From Saprospiraceae bacterium (GTDB lineage Bacteria; Bacteroidota; Bacteroidia; Chitinophagales; Saprospiraceae), in the NCBI GenBank assembly GCA_965222645.1, contig OZ244968.1:5386008-5450007 (forward strand): a stretch of 64,000 nucleotides of DNA, given 5' to 3'. The notes beneath the pieces were generated by a model that was not told the DNA's origin, searched no databases, and saw only the letters and a program-made list of their open reading frames with translations. Both the position numbers and the translations under genes were made by a program. Positions 49,170 through 59,198 of this stretch are shown in pieces. Every line of letters begins with the position of its first letter. Position 1 is the first letter of the stretch.

Positions 49170-52100
49170 TAATAAAAGGCTCATGGTCGGTGATCGGACG
49201 GATCGATTTACCTCGATTGTTTCTAAGGGGAGGTTTGATGCGTAGGGAATATACATTATCATTTAGGATAGTATTAATTTTCATCGCCACGTTTCACACA
49301 TCAGAAGTTGCGGAACAAGGTGCTCGTCATCGGTGATCGGACGGATCGATTTACATCAATTGTTTCTAAGGGAGAATTACCGCGTACGGTACGCGTACGA
49401 ATATGTAACAGATAATCAATGTAATATACATCTTAGATATATTAATGTAAACTTTTTATCGATCACTTTTCACAAACCAGAAAATCAGAACAACTGCCTC
49501 AGTAGCCATTGAGCCTTGTTAAGTTTAGCAATCTTAATCTCACTGGGGAGAAATTGTACGTACGGTACGCGCACGAATATGTAGCAGATAATCAAGGGAA
49601 TATACATTATGATGTAAGTTGATATTAATTTTTATGCTCGCGTTTCACGCATCAGAAGCTAGTTAACGAGGAGCCCATCATCGGTGACCGTACGGATCGA
49701 TTTACATCAATTGTTTCTAAGGGGAGAATCGCATGCGTACGGTACGCGTACGAATATATCACAGAATATCAAGGGAATATACATTATCATTTAGGATAGT
49801 ATGAATATTCATTGCCACGTTTCACACATCAGAAGTTGCAGAACAAGGTGCTAGTCGTTGGTGATCGGACGGATCGTTTCACTGCTATAGTTTCACTGGA
49901 GAGAATTGCCGCGTACGGTACGCGTACGAATATGTAACAGAATATCAGTTGAATATACATCATGAAGTAAATTAATATGAATTTTCATGGCCACGTTTCA
50001 CACATCAGAAGTTGCGGACAAGGTGCTCGTCATCGGTGATCGGACGGATCGATTTACCTCGATTGTTTCTAAGGGAGAATTGCCGCGTACGGTACGCGTA
50101 CGAATATATCTCAGAATATCAAGGGAATATACATTATGATATAAATTGATATTAATTTTTATTGCCACGTTTCACACATCAGAAGTTGCGGAACAAGGTG
50201 CTCGTCATCGGTGATCGGACGGATCGTTTCACTACTATCGTTTCACTGTAGAGAATTGTTGCGTACGGTACGCGTACGAATATATAGCAGAATATCAGTT
50301 GAATATACATTATGATATAAATTGATATTAATTTTCATTGCCACATTTCACACATCAGAAGTTGCGGAACAAGGTGCTCGTCGTCGGTGATCGGACGGAT
50401 CGATTTACTGCTATAGTTTCACTGGAGAGGATTGCATGCGTACGGTACGCGTACGAATATGTAGCAGATAATCAAGGGAATATACATTATGATGTAAGTT
50501 GATATTAATTTTTATGCTCGCGTTTCACGCATCAGAAGCTAGTTAACGAGGAGCCCATCATCGGTGACCGTACGGATCGATTTACATCAATTGTTTCTAA
50601 GGGGAGAATCGCATGCGTACGGTACGCGTACGAATATATCACAGAATATCAAGGGAATATACATTATCATTTAGGATAGTATGAATATTCATTGCCACGT
50701 TTCACACATCAGAAGTTGCAGAACAAGGTGCTAGTCGTTGGTGATCGGACGGATCGTTTCACTGCTATAGTTTCACTGGAGAGAATTGCCGCGTACGGTA
50801 CGCGTACGAATATGTAACAGAATATCAGTTGAATATACATCATGAAGTAAATTAATATGAATTTTCATGGCCACGTTTCACACATCAGAAGTTGCGGACA
50901 AGGTGCTCGTCATCGGTGATCGGACGGATCGATTTACCTCGATTGTTTCTAAGGGAGAATTGCCGCGTACGGTACACGTACGAATATATCTCAGAATATC
51001 AAGGGAATATACATTATGATATAAATTGATATTAATTTTTATTGCCACGTTTCACACATCAGAAGTTGCGGAACAAGGTGCTCGTCATCGGTGATCGGAC
51101 GGATCGTTTCACTACTATCGTTTCACTGTAGAGAATTGTTGCGTACGGTACGCGTACGAATATATAGCAGAATATCAGTTGAATATACATTATGATATAA
51201 ATTGATATTAATTTTCATTGCCACATTTCACACATCAGTAGTTGCGGAACAAGGTGCTCGTCGTCGGTGATCGGACGGATCGATTTACTGCTATAGTTTC
51301 ACTGGAGAGGATTGCATGCGTACGGTACACGTACGAATATGTAGCAGATAATCAAGGGAATATACATTATGATGTAAGTTGATATTAATTTTTATGCTCG
51401 CGTTTCACGCATCAGAAGTTAGTTAACGAGGAGCCCATCATCGGTGATCGGACGGATCGATTTACATCAATTGTTTCTAAGGGGAGAATCGCATGCGTAC
51501 GGTACGCGTACGAATATATCACAGAATATCAAGGGAATATACATTATCATTTAGGATAGTATGAATATTCATTGCCACGTTTCACACATCAGAAGTTGCA
51601 GAACAAGGTGCTAGTCGTTGGTGATCGGACGGATCGTTTCACTGCTATAGTTTCACTGGAGAGAATTGCCGCGTACGGTACGCGTACGAATATGTAACAG
51701 AATATCAGTTGAATATACATCATGAAGTAAATTAATATGAATTTTCATGGCCACGTTTCACACATCAGAAGTTGCGGACAAGGTGCTCGTCATCGGTGAT
51801 CGGACGGATCGATTTACCTCGATTGTTTCTAAGGGAGAATTGCCGCGTACGGTACGCGTACGAATATATCTCAGAATATCAAGGGAATATACATTATGAT
51901 ATAAATTGATATTAATTTTTATTGCCACGTTTCACACATCAGAAGTTGCGGAACAAGGTGCTCGTCATCGGTGATCGGACGGATCGTTTCACTACTATCG
52001 TTTCACTGTAGAGAATTGTTGCGTACGGTACGCGTACGAATATATAGCAGAATATCAGTTGAATATACATTATGATATATATTGATATGAATTTTCATTG

Positions 52101-52525
52101 CCACGTTTCACACATCAGAAGTTGCGGAACAAGGTGCTCGTCATCGGTGATCGGACGGATCGTTTCACTACTATCGTTTCACTGTAGAGAATTGTTGCGT
52201 ACGGTACGCGTACGAATATATAGCAGAATATCAGTTGAATATACATTATGATATATATTGATATTAATTTTCATTGCCACGTTTCACACATCAGAAGTTG
52301 CGGAACAAGGTGCTCGTCGTCGGTGATCGGACGGATCGATTTACTGCTATAGTTTCACTGGAGAGGATTGCATGCGTACGGTACGCGTACGAATATGTAG
52401 CAGATAATCAAGGGAATATACATTATGATGTAAGTTGATATTAATTTTTATGCTCGCGTTTCACGCATCAGAAGTTAGTTAACGAGGAGCCCATCATCGG
52501 TGATCGGACGGATCGATTTACATCA
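49170..52525. repeat. Tandem ~176-bp satellite, left arm (about 19 units; three near-identical 880-bp five-unit higher-order repeats)
   Basis: The core GTACGGTACGCG (within GCGTACGGTACGCGTACGAATAT) is at 49384, 49560, 49737, 49913, 50087, 50263, 50440, 50617, 50793, 50967, 51143, 51320, 51497, 51673, 51847, 52023, 52199 and 52376. Spacing is 174-177. Five unit types a-e recur with period 880 (49560, 50440, 51320). Units at the left edge (49170-49560) are degenerate. Confidence 0.95.
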
Positions 52526-52601
52526 TTAGCTATGATGCAGGAACGATCCTTGTTTGACAATCTGCTTCCAAAGCACTATCTTGGTTACCTAAATAGGATA
52601 C

Positions 52602-52832
52602 ATGCCCACGTATTTCATAGTGGATGGGGTTAAGATTGAACTGTACTACAATGATCACAATCCACCCCATTTCCATGCAAGAATTGCTGAACATGATGCA
52701 ATCATAAGTATCGAAATGGCTGAAATCTTGCATGGAACTCTACCCTCTAATAAAATCTCATTCATCAAGAAGTGGGCTGAGGAAAACAGGACAACATTGC
52801 AGGCAATATGGAACGAACTAAGAAAGAAATAG
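52602..52832 (+). CDS. DUF4160-domain protein (putative toxin-antitoxin-like module component)
   Basis: 76 aa, with the family hallmark ...YYNDHNPPHFHARI... Confidence 0.8.
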   Translation: MPTYFIVDGVKIELYYNDHNPPHFHARIAEHDAIISIEMAEILHGTLPSNKISFIKKWAEENRTTLQAIWNELRKK

Positions 52833-53359
52833 GTTTAAAGGCCTACCGTAGAATCCCACGAATCATCAAGATCACCAAGGTCAGGGATTTCAAGATCTAC
52901 TGTGCCTTCAACACAGGCGAATACAAGATCATCAATTTCACCAAGTTTTTCGAACGATGGAACTTGAAGAAAACAGATTTTGCCTATCCCCTACTTAAAC
53001 CATCAAGATTCAGGAAGGTCAAGCTGATTAACGGCACCCTAAGCTGGCCTGACATAAAAAAGACCATCAAAATCGGTAGCGGACAAGAGTTCGAAACATA
53101 TCTTGATCTCGATCCCGTCGTACTCTACGAATCAAGTGAAGATGATCATAAAGCCAATCAGAGATACAAGATCGGCCAACTTCTAAAAAGCGCTAGACTT
53201 GATGCTGGTCTTACTCAGCAACAACTCGCAATCCGCTCTGGCACCACTAAGAACTACATATCCCGCATCGAGAATAATAGATCTGACATTGAACTACGAA
53301 CTTTAAGGAAGATCGTAGAGATTGGACTAGGAAAAAACCTCGAAATCGCCGTAACTTAA
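52808..53359 (+). CDS. DUF2442-like N-terminal domain fused to an XRE-family helix-turn-helix DNA-binding domain
   Basis: 183 aa. The N-terminal half (IIKITKVRDFKIYCAFNTGEYKIINF...GTLSWPD) is DUF2442-like. The C-terminal LLKSARLDAGLTQQQLAIRSGTTKNYISRIENNRSDIELRTLRKIVEIGLG is a Cro/C1-type HTH. Overlaps the DUF4160 ORF by 25 nt. Confidence 0.75.
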   Translation: MERTKKEIGLKAYRRIPRIIKITKVRDFKIYCAFNTGEYKIINFTKFFERWNLKKTDFAYPLLKPSRFRKVKLINGTLSWPDIKKTIKIGSGQEFETYLDLDPVVLYESSEDDHKANQRYKIGQLLKSARLDAGLTQQQLAIRSGTTKNYISRIENNRSDIELRTLRKIVEIGLGKNLEIAVT

Positions 53360-53486
53360 AGCAGCATTGCTCGGCATCATGACGCCATCTCCTCTTGCAC
53401 CAATTAACCACCTCACTTAGTTGATCTGCGTTCAACCGATTATCAATTCGTCAACAAAAGTAACGAGACGGAGCATATGCCCAAAA

Positions 53487-55115
53487 CGATTGTTTCTAAG
53501 GGAGGTTTGATACGTACGGTACGCGTACGAATATGTAGGAGATAATCAAGGGAATATACATTATGATGTAAGTTTATATTAATTTTTATGCTCGCGTTTC
53601 GCGCATCAGAAGTTAGGAAACGAAGGGCCCATCATCGGTGATCAGCTGGATCGATTTACCTCGATTGTTTCTAAGGGGAGGTTTGATGCGTACGGTACGC
53701 GTACGAATATATCACAGAATATCAAGGGAATATACATTATCATTTAGGATAGTATTAATTTTCATTGCCACGTGTCACACATCAGAAGTTGCGGAACAAG
53801 GTGCTCGTCATCGGTGATCGGACGGATCGATTTACTGCTATAGTTTCACTGGAGAGAAATGCATGCGTACGGTACGCGCACGCATATATTACAGAATATC
53901 AATTGAATATACATAATTATATAAATTAATATGAAATCTTATGCTCGCGTTTCACCAGCAGAAGGTAGTTAACGAGGGGCCCATCATCGGTGATCGGACG
54001 GATTGATTTACATCAATTGTTTCTAAGGGAGAATTGCCGCGTACGGTACGCGTACGAATATGTAACAGAATATCAGTTGAATGTACATAATGAAGTAAAT
54101 TAATATGAATTTTCATGGCCACGTTTCACACATCAGAAGTTGCGGAACAAGGTGCTCGTCGTTGGTGATCGGACGGATCGATTTACTGCTATAGTTTCAC
54201 TGGAGAGAAATTGTGCGTACGGTACGCGTACGAATATATAGCAGAATATCAGTTGAATATACATTATGATATAAATTTTTATTAATTTTCATTGCCACGC
54301 TTCACCCATCAGAAGTTGTGGAACAAGGTGCTCGTCATCGGTGATCGGACGGATCGATTTACATCAATTGTCTCTAAGGGAGAACTACCGCGTACGGTAC
54401 GCGTATGAATATATTCTAGAATATCAATTGAACATACATAATGATATAAATTAATATGAAATCTCATACTCGCGTTTCACGCATCAGAAGGTAGTTAACT
54501 TGGGGCCCGTCATCGGTGATCGGACGGATCGATTTACCTCGATTGTTTCTAAGGGGAGGTTTGATGCGTACGGTACGCGTACGAATATATCACAGAATAT
54601 CAAGGGAATATACATTATCACTTAGGATAATATTAATTTTCATTGCCACGCTTCACCCATCAGAAGTTGCGGAACAAGGTGCTCGTCGTTGGTGATCGGA
54701 CGGATCGTTTCACTGCTATAGTTTCACTGGAGAGAAATGCATGCGTACGGTACGCGTACGAATATATTACAGAATATCAATTGAATATACATAATGATAT
54801 GAATTAATATGAATTTTTGTGCTCGCATTTCACCCATCTGAAGGTAGTTAACGAGGGGCCCATCATCGGTGACCGTACGGATCGATTTACATCAATTGTC
54901 TCTAAGGAAGAACTGCCGCGTACGGTACGCGTACGAATATGTAGCAGTTAATCAATTGAACATACATAATGATATAAATTAATATGAATTTTTATGCTCG
55001 CGTTTCACCCATCAGAAGGTAGTTAACGAGGGGCCCATCATCGGTGATCGGACGGATCGATTTACTTCGATTGTTTCTAAGGGGGTTTGCTGCGTACGGT
55101 ACGCGTACGAATATG
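53487..55115. repeat. Tandem ~176-bp satellite, right arm (10 more-diverged units)
   Basis: The same core is at 53514, 53690, 53867, 54041, 54217, 54392, 54568, 54745, 54920 and 55094. Spacing is 174-177. Units resemble types a, b, c and e of the left arm, plus an additional type. Confidence 0.95.
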
Positions 55116-55208
55116 TTACTAAAGTTCAGCTACTTATAGATAGATCATATACTATATATGCAAATACACCAACTGCTGGCTCGTAATCAGGATGAAAATC
55201 CCCTTCAA

Positions 55209-55448
55209 TCAACCCATCTCTGGCAACGCCTCAAACTCCTTCCGCTTGCTTTCAAACCACTCCTGCATCGCCACAGGTGATTTCATCAATTCCTGCATCT
55301 GCTGCATCGCTTGCAAATGATCTGTATCACCCTGCTCAAACATCTCTCTCCCATGTTCTTTACTCATTTCAGCCATTTCGTCGAATGTCGATGCAACAAA
55401 TTCTTTTTCACAGGCACCACCTAGTTGTCGGCATGTCATTTTTTTCAT
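55209..55448 (-). CDS. DUF1059-family small protein
   Basis: The 79-aa version starts MKKMTCRQLGGACEKEF...MSKEHG...MQELMKSP.AMQEWFESKRKEFEALPE. The track's 119-aa form adds 40 codons that overlap the 3' end of the upstream gene. Confidence 0.7.
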   Translation of the reverse strand: MKKMTCRQLGGACEKEFVASTFDEMAEMSKEHGREMFEQGDTDHLQAMQQMQELMKSPVAMQEWFESKRKEFEALPEMG

Positions 55449-55515
55449 CTTAGTAGACTTTAGATTTATTCCGTGATTCGAAATTACAATTTTCGTATTA
55501 GTCTCTTCTATCCGT

Positions 55516-58224
55516 TTAAATCGGCACGTTCGATAATTCATAAATGGTACCCTGGTAAGCACCTTCAAATTGATTACCGTTTTTATCCTCTAGCTGGTAT
55601 AAGATTTCAACTATCCAGGTGGGTGACAGATCCGGAATTTCCAGCATCACGGTTTTATTGTCGTTTACAAATTTAATCTCGCTGATGTCAAGAGATTTTT
55701 CATCGTATCGATCAGAGCCATACCGGCGGGATCGTTTTAGCTGCCACGTATTTATTTGAAAGTTATTGCGATCGATTTTCAACGGATCAATTGGCTCACT
55801 AAAGGTGATTTCGATTCCATCCATCCATGTATTGATCGCCAAAGGAAGGTTTAGAGGCTTTTTCTCATCGTAATTTATGCGATATAATCCACCTGTCTGA
55901 AGCATCTGACTAGTAGCCCATGCCGACATACCACAGATATATAGCTGGCCATCAGAAGGATTAAATCGGCCTCTGATAAGTCCGGTCGGACATTGTGGAA
56001 TAGGTAATTCAATGATTCCCCCCTGCTCTTTGTTTTTTATTTTTTCTTTAAGTACTAAAAATATTTTCCCATATCCATATGACAAACTCAATAACGAATT
56101 ATTTAAGGGACCCCAAAGATCTGTTTTTGCCCAAAGCAACTCTGCAGGAGATCTGTCATATCTCATGTCAACCCAGCACAAGGGCATTTCCATGGCTTTA
56201 TCACTCGTATCCTGTGGTGCACCATATCCCCACATATTGCCATAAAACTTTCCTGGCAATACACGGTTTATCCGGTTCATTGGATTCCAATAGCCCTCCT
56301 GGTCTGTCACATAAAACGATCCATCCGGATTTAAACAAACTCCATTTGCAGCCCGGAAACCATTTGCCAGAATTTCGGATTCTGTTCCGTCTGAGCTGAC
56401 CTTTATCAAAGTGCCATGCTGGGGCACGAGAGATGTTCGGGCATGCCTTCCACTCTTTGCGTAATAAAAATTTCCTTCGTCATCAACTTGTAATCCCATT
56501 GCAAATTCGTGAAAATGTTCCGTGACCTGGTGATCATTATTAAAACTTTCGTAGAAATCAATAATTTCATCACCGTTGAGATCGTGCAGTCTTACAATCT
56601 GATCCCGACAAGTGACGTACGTTTGGTTTTTAAAAACTTTTATCCCCAACGGCTGAAACATTCCTGTTGCAATTCTCTGCCAATTTATTTCACCAGTTAT
56701 ATTATTTATTTTTTCTATTTTCCAAACTTCCCCATCGATAGTGCAGACGAGTGCATCTCTTCCATCGTTGATAAAATCTATACCTGTCGGCCTTATTCTG
56801 CTTTGCCATCTATTGTTGAGTGGAAGAGAAAAGATGTCAAGCGATAATGCCCTCTCACTATCCATATTGATAATATTGCTGCTTAGGGATTCAGAATTTG
56901 TTTTCTTTCCACCCTGAGTGTATTTTCTTAAATCCTCAATTGCACCCGATGAATATTCTTCATCTGATGCGATCTCCTCCTTAGACATCAGAATTTTAAT
57001 TTTGTCGCTATTTGCCGGTTCGATTACCAATACATGATACCCATCTTCAATTTTCACGGTTGCATTTAGTGCAATCATTTTTACTTTAAAATGCTCCGGA
57101 AGAATTCGCATTGATAGAGTCCTGGAAACATTAGATGCATTAATTGTACGGGTAATGACAGATTGATTGGCTATTGTATCAAGGCTGTACATTTCCAGAA
57201 TTGATGCTTTTCCTACTGTGTATTTGAGGATGACATTTCCGTTGTGATGATACAGGCCTTTATAATGAGCCCAGTCCCGAGGTAAGGGTCCGAATGGCCG
57301 TCCATCTAAACCTCTTATTCTCGGATCTTGAAAACTTCCCGTAAGTGGATTTGCCCAACCCGGTGTGATCGGGTTTGCAGCTAGAAGATTCCCCTTGGTA
57401 CGGGGATAGACATTGTGTTGGTCATCTAATAGTATGCTTTCCCAATCTATAAATCCTTTACCGGTCCAGATTCCTGCCAAGCGTAAAAGGTCGTGATCGA
57501 AGCACGCAAAAGTCTCGCCTGCGGCTATACCGCCTGGTCCTCCGTCAAGTCGCATCGCTATGCCCTTGTAAGCAAAGTTTACATCGCTATAATCTTCGTT
57601 AGGCAACGGTGCTCTCCCACCGGAAATCTTTTTCTGAGAATCATTGTCATCGGCGATTTCATAACATTGAACCAAGAAATTGCCGTAATCCATATCGGAC
57701 CATGGGTGATAGTCTTTTGGAGGAGGACCAATGGTATCCCCTTTTGGAAGTTGAGCAAGGTACTCTGCTGTAATCTCAGTATAAGACTCAGATTGATACT
57801 CTTTTATAAACTCCTCCCTTATAAAATGAATTACATCATATTTCTCGAGTGGCGAGAGATGTACTTGAGGAGGCATCTGACCAAACCCTTGAGTTAAGAC
57901 TTTATAAATACTGTGAGGATCAGAGCCCTTTTTAAACTCATCTTCCCAAAATTTTCGAGAATTCGGAAGTGAGCCCGGTTGTTCAGAATCGCCGTGACAA
58001 GCATAGCATGTGTTCCGGTATATAGTCTGTCCCCGAAAATACTTACTCCGATCGTTATCGCGCAAAAAGGCGGCATGGTCAAGACGATTTTCATATTCTG
58101 GTAGATCAACGGATTTTAGGATATACTGATCCCCGGGAAGAATACGGTTGGAATCTACATTTTCTGCACAGGCCCAAATCATCAACAGAAATGCTGGAAT
58201 CAGTAGCAATTTCGATTTATCCAT
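55516..58224 (-). CDS. Cytochrome-c-domain protein fused to beta-propeller (sugar dehydrogenase-like) region
   Basis: About 902 aa from ATG 58224 (MDKSKLLLIPAFLLMIWAC lipoprotein-like). Heme motif CYACHGD followed by ...GFGQMPP. The C-terminal two-thirds is beta-rich, with NGD..ID and GF....G blocks reminiscent of SGL/PQQ-type propellers. Confidence 0.55.
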   Translation of the reverse strand: MDKSKLLLIPAFLLMIWACAENVDSNRILPGDQYILKSVDLPEYENRLDHAAFLRDNDRSKYFRGQTIYRNTCYACHGDSEQPGSLPNSRKFWEDEFKKGSDPHSIYKVLTQGFGQMPPQVHLSPLEKYDVIHFIREEFIKEYQSESYTEITAEYLAQLPKGDTIGPPPKDYHPWSDMDYGNFLVQCYEIADDNDSQKKISGGRAPLPNEDYSDVNFAYKGIAMRLDGGPGGIAAGETFACFDHDLLRLAGIWTGKGFIDWESILLDDQHNVYPRTKGNLLAANPITPGWANPLTGSFQDPRIRGLDGRPFGPLPRDWAHYKGLYHHNGNVILKYTVGKASILEMYSLDTIANQSVITRTINASNVSRTLSMRILPEHFKVKMIALNATVKIEDGYHVLVIEPANSDKIKILMSKEEIASDEEYSSGAIEDLRKYTQGGKKTNSESLSSNIINMDSERALSLDIFSLPLNNRWQSRIRPTGIDFINDGRDALVCTIDGEVWKIEKINNITGEINWQRIATGMFQPLGIKVFKNQTYVTCRDQIVRLHDLNGDEIIDFYESFNNDHQVTEHFHEFAMGLQVDDEGNFYYAKSGRHARTSLVPQHGTLIKVSSDGTESEILANGFRAANGVCLNPDGSFYVTDQEGYWNPMNRINRVLPGKFYGNMWGYGAPQDTSDKAMEMPLCWVDMRYDRSPAELLWAKTDLWGPLNNSLLSLSYGYGKIFLVLKEKIKNKEQGGIIELPIPQCPTGLIRGRFNPSDGQLYICGMSAWATSQMLQTGGLYRINYDEKKPLNLPLAINTWMDGIEITFSEPIDPLKIDRNNFQINTWQLKRSRRYGSDRYDEKSLDISEIKFVNDNKTVMLEIPDLSPTWIVEILYQLEDKNGNQFEGAYQGTIYELSNVPI

Positions 58225-58235
58225 ACAACGCAAAA

Positions 58236-59012
58236 CTACTTAGCGATCCAACCGGCATCGACAGTCACCATTGATCCAACCATATACGATGATGCATCAC
58301 TGGAAAGAAAGATTGCGGCACCCTGGATTTCCTTTAATTCTCCCCATCTACCCAATGCCGTCGCACCGACTACGAATTTTTTGGCTTCTTCCGTTTCTGC
58401 GATCGGAATATTCATTTCTGTGAGAAAAGGACCAGGACAGATCGCATTTACATTTATGTTAAATGGGGCTAGTTCTAAACCTAGGGCTCTCGTCATTTGT
58501 ATTACTGCCCCTTTACTTGACGCATAGGGAGTTCGATTTGCCATGCCTACAAGACCCAGGGTACTGGAAATGTTAATGATTTTACCCGATTTATTTTTTT
58601 TCATAAATGGTACGACGGCTCTCGAAGCCAACCAAATACCATCTACATTCACATCCATTACTTTTCTGAATTCCTCCCACTTTAACTCATCGATGGGGCC
58701 GCGAATGTTTATTCCCGCATTATTTATTAGAATATCAATCCGCCCAAATTGTTTGTACACTTTTTTGACTACTCGATTTATGGCTGCTTCATTCGTTACG
58801 TCGGCAGCAAAGAAAAAAGAATCCGCACGATAATTCTCTGTAAGTTGTTCGGCTGCTAATTTGCCCTCCTTGTGATTACGATTTACTATTACGGTCGTGC
58901 AACCTGCTGATGCCAATCCCGCTGCCATTGCCAGTCCGAGTCCTTTACTTCCGCCGGTGATAATGGCAACACGATTTTTTAGATTAAATAATTTGATGCC
59001 AGGTAGCTTCAT
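58236..59012 (-). CDS. Short-chain dehydrogenase/reductase (SDR), gluconate-5-dehydrogenase/FabG-like
   Basis: 258 aa. TGGSKGLGLAMA (TGxxxGxG), NNAG, the catalytic S...YASSKGA (YxxxK), and PG.F.T. Confidence 0.9.
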   Translation of the reverse strand: MKLPGIKLFNLKNRVAIITGGSKGLGLAMAAGLASAGCTTVIVNRNHKEGKLAAEQLTENYRADSFFFAADVTNEAAINRVVKKVYKQFGRIDILINNAGINIRGPIDELKWEEFRKVMDVNVDGIWLASRAVVPFMKKNKSGKIINISSTLGLVGMANRTPYASSKGAVIQMTRALGLELAPFNINVNAICPGPFLTEMNIPIAETEEAKKFVVGATALGRWGELKEIQGAAIFLSSDASSYMVGSMVTVDAGWIAK

Positions 59013-59198
59013 ATCAGTCTATTTGATTTTTAGATTATTCGTTTATTTCATACAGTTCTTTGCATGATACAAAAAATATTCTGGTCGGTATACACCGATG
59101 GTGATGTCCATCAATCTGTCATAAATCACACGTCATCAAAAATGGGCCTTATCAATCCGGTGATGCTGAAAACATTTCCATTCAGATCGATATAGTCA

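Noticed and set aside
49081-52525. Unit-spanning small ORFs on the minus strand (e.g. track ORF 49081..49290; in type-d units GTG-AIKININLYHNVYSLDILRYIRTRTVRGNSPLETIEVNRSVRSPMTSTLFRNF*, 57 codons filling almost a whole unit)
   Set aside because: The unit length (176) is not a multiple of 3. Start codons vary (ATG, GTG or none). In other unit types the frame is cut early, for example ...RTRTVRGNSLQ* in the unit crossing core 49913. The conserved RTRTVR is simply the palindrome translated. A family of ~30-57-aa peptides is unlikely but not excluded; Ribo-seq would settle it.
49170-55115. CRISPR array interpretation of the 176-bp repeats
   Set aside because: There are no short invariant repeats alternating with unique spacers; the entire 176-bp unit, variable part included, recurs as five unit types in 880-bp blocks. 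No cas genes are in the window, and the period is far longer than a CRISPR repeat plus spacer.
49170-55115. Hammerhead-like self-cleaving ribozyme in each unit (minus strand CUGAUGUGUGAAACG), which would give satellite-type circular or processed RNAs
   Set aside because: Only 3 nt separate CUGAUG from GAAAC, so there is no helix II. The conserved A9 position is U. I could not find pairing partners for helices I and III. A covariance-model scan would be needed to exclude other ribozyme classes.
48952-55208. Eukaryotic alpha-satellite-like contamination or chimeric assembly (171-bp-class repeat with higher-order structure)
   Set aside because: The array is flanked on both sides, within the same contiguous sequence, by typical bacterial genes, and it contains a bacterial TA-like/XRE cassette. 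I cannot formally exclude a chimera without read-level data, so verification is listed under the main finding.
55449-55568. Long form (119 aa) of the DUF1059 ORF
   Set aside because: The extra 40 codons overlap the 3' end of the 55516..58224 gene and carry no family similarity. The family-typical sequence begins at MKKMTCRQLGG (ATG at 55448).
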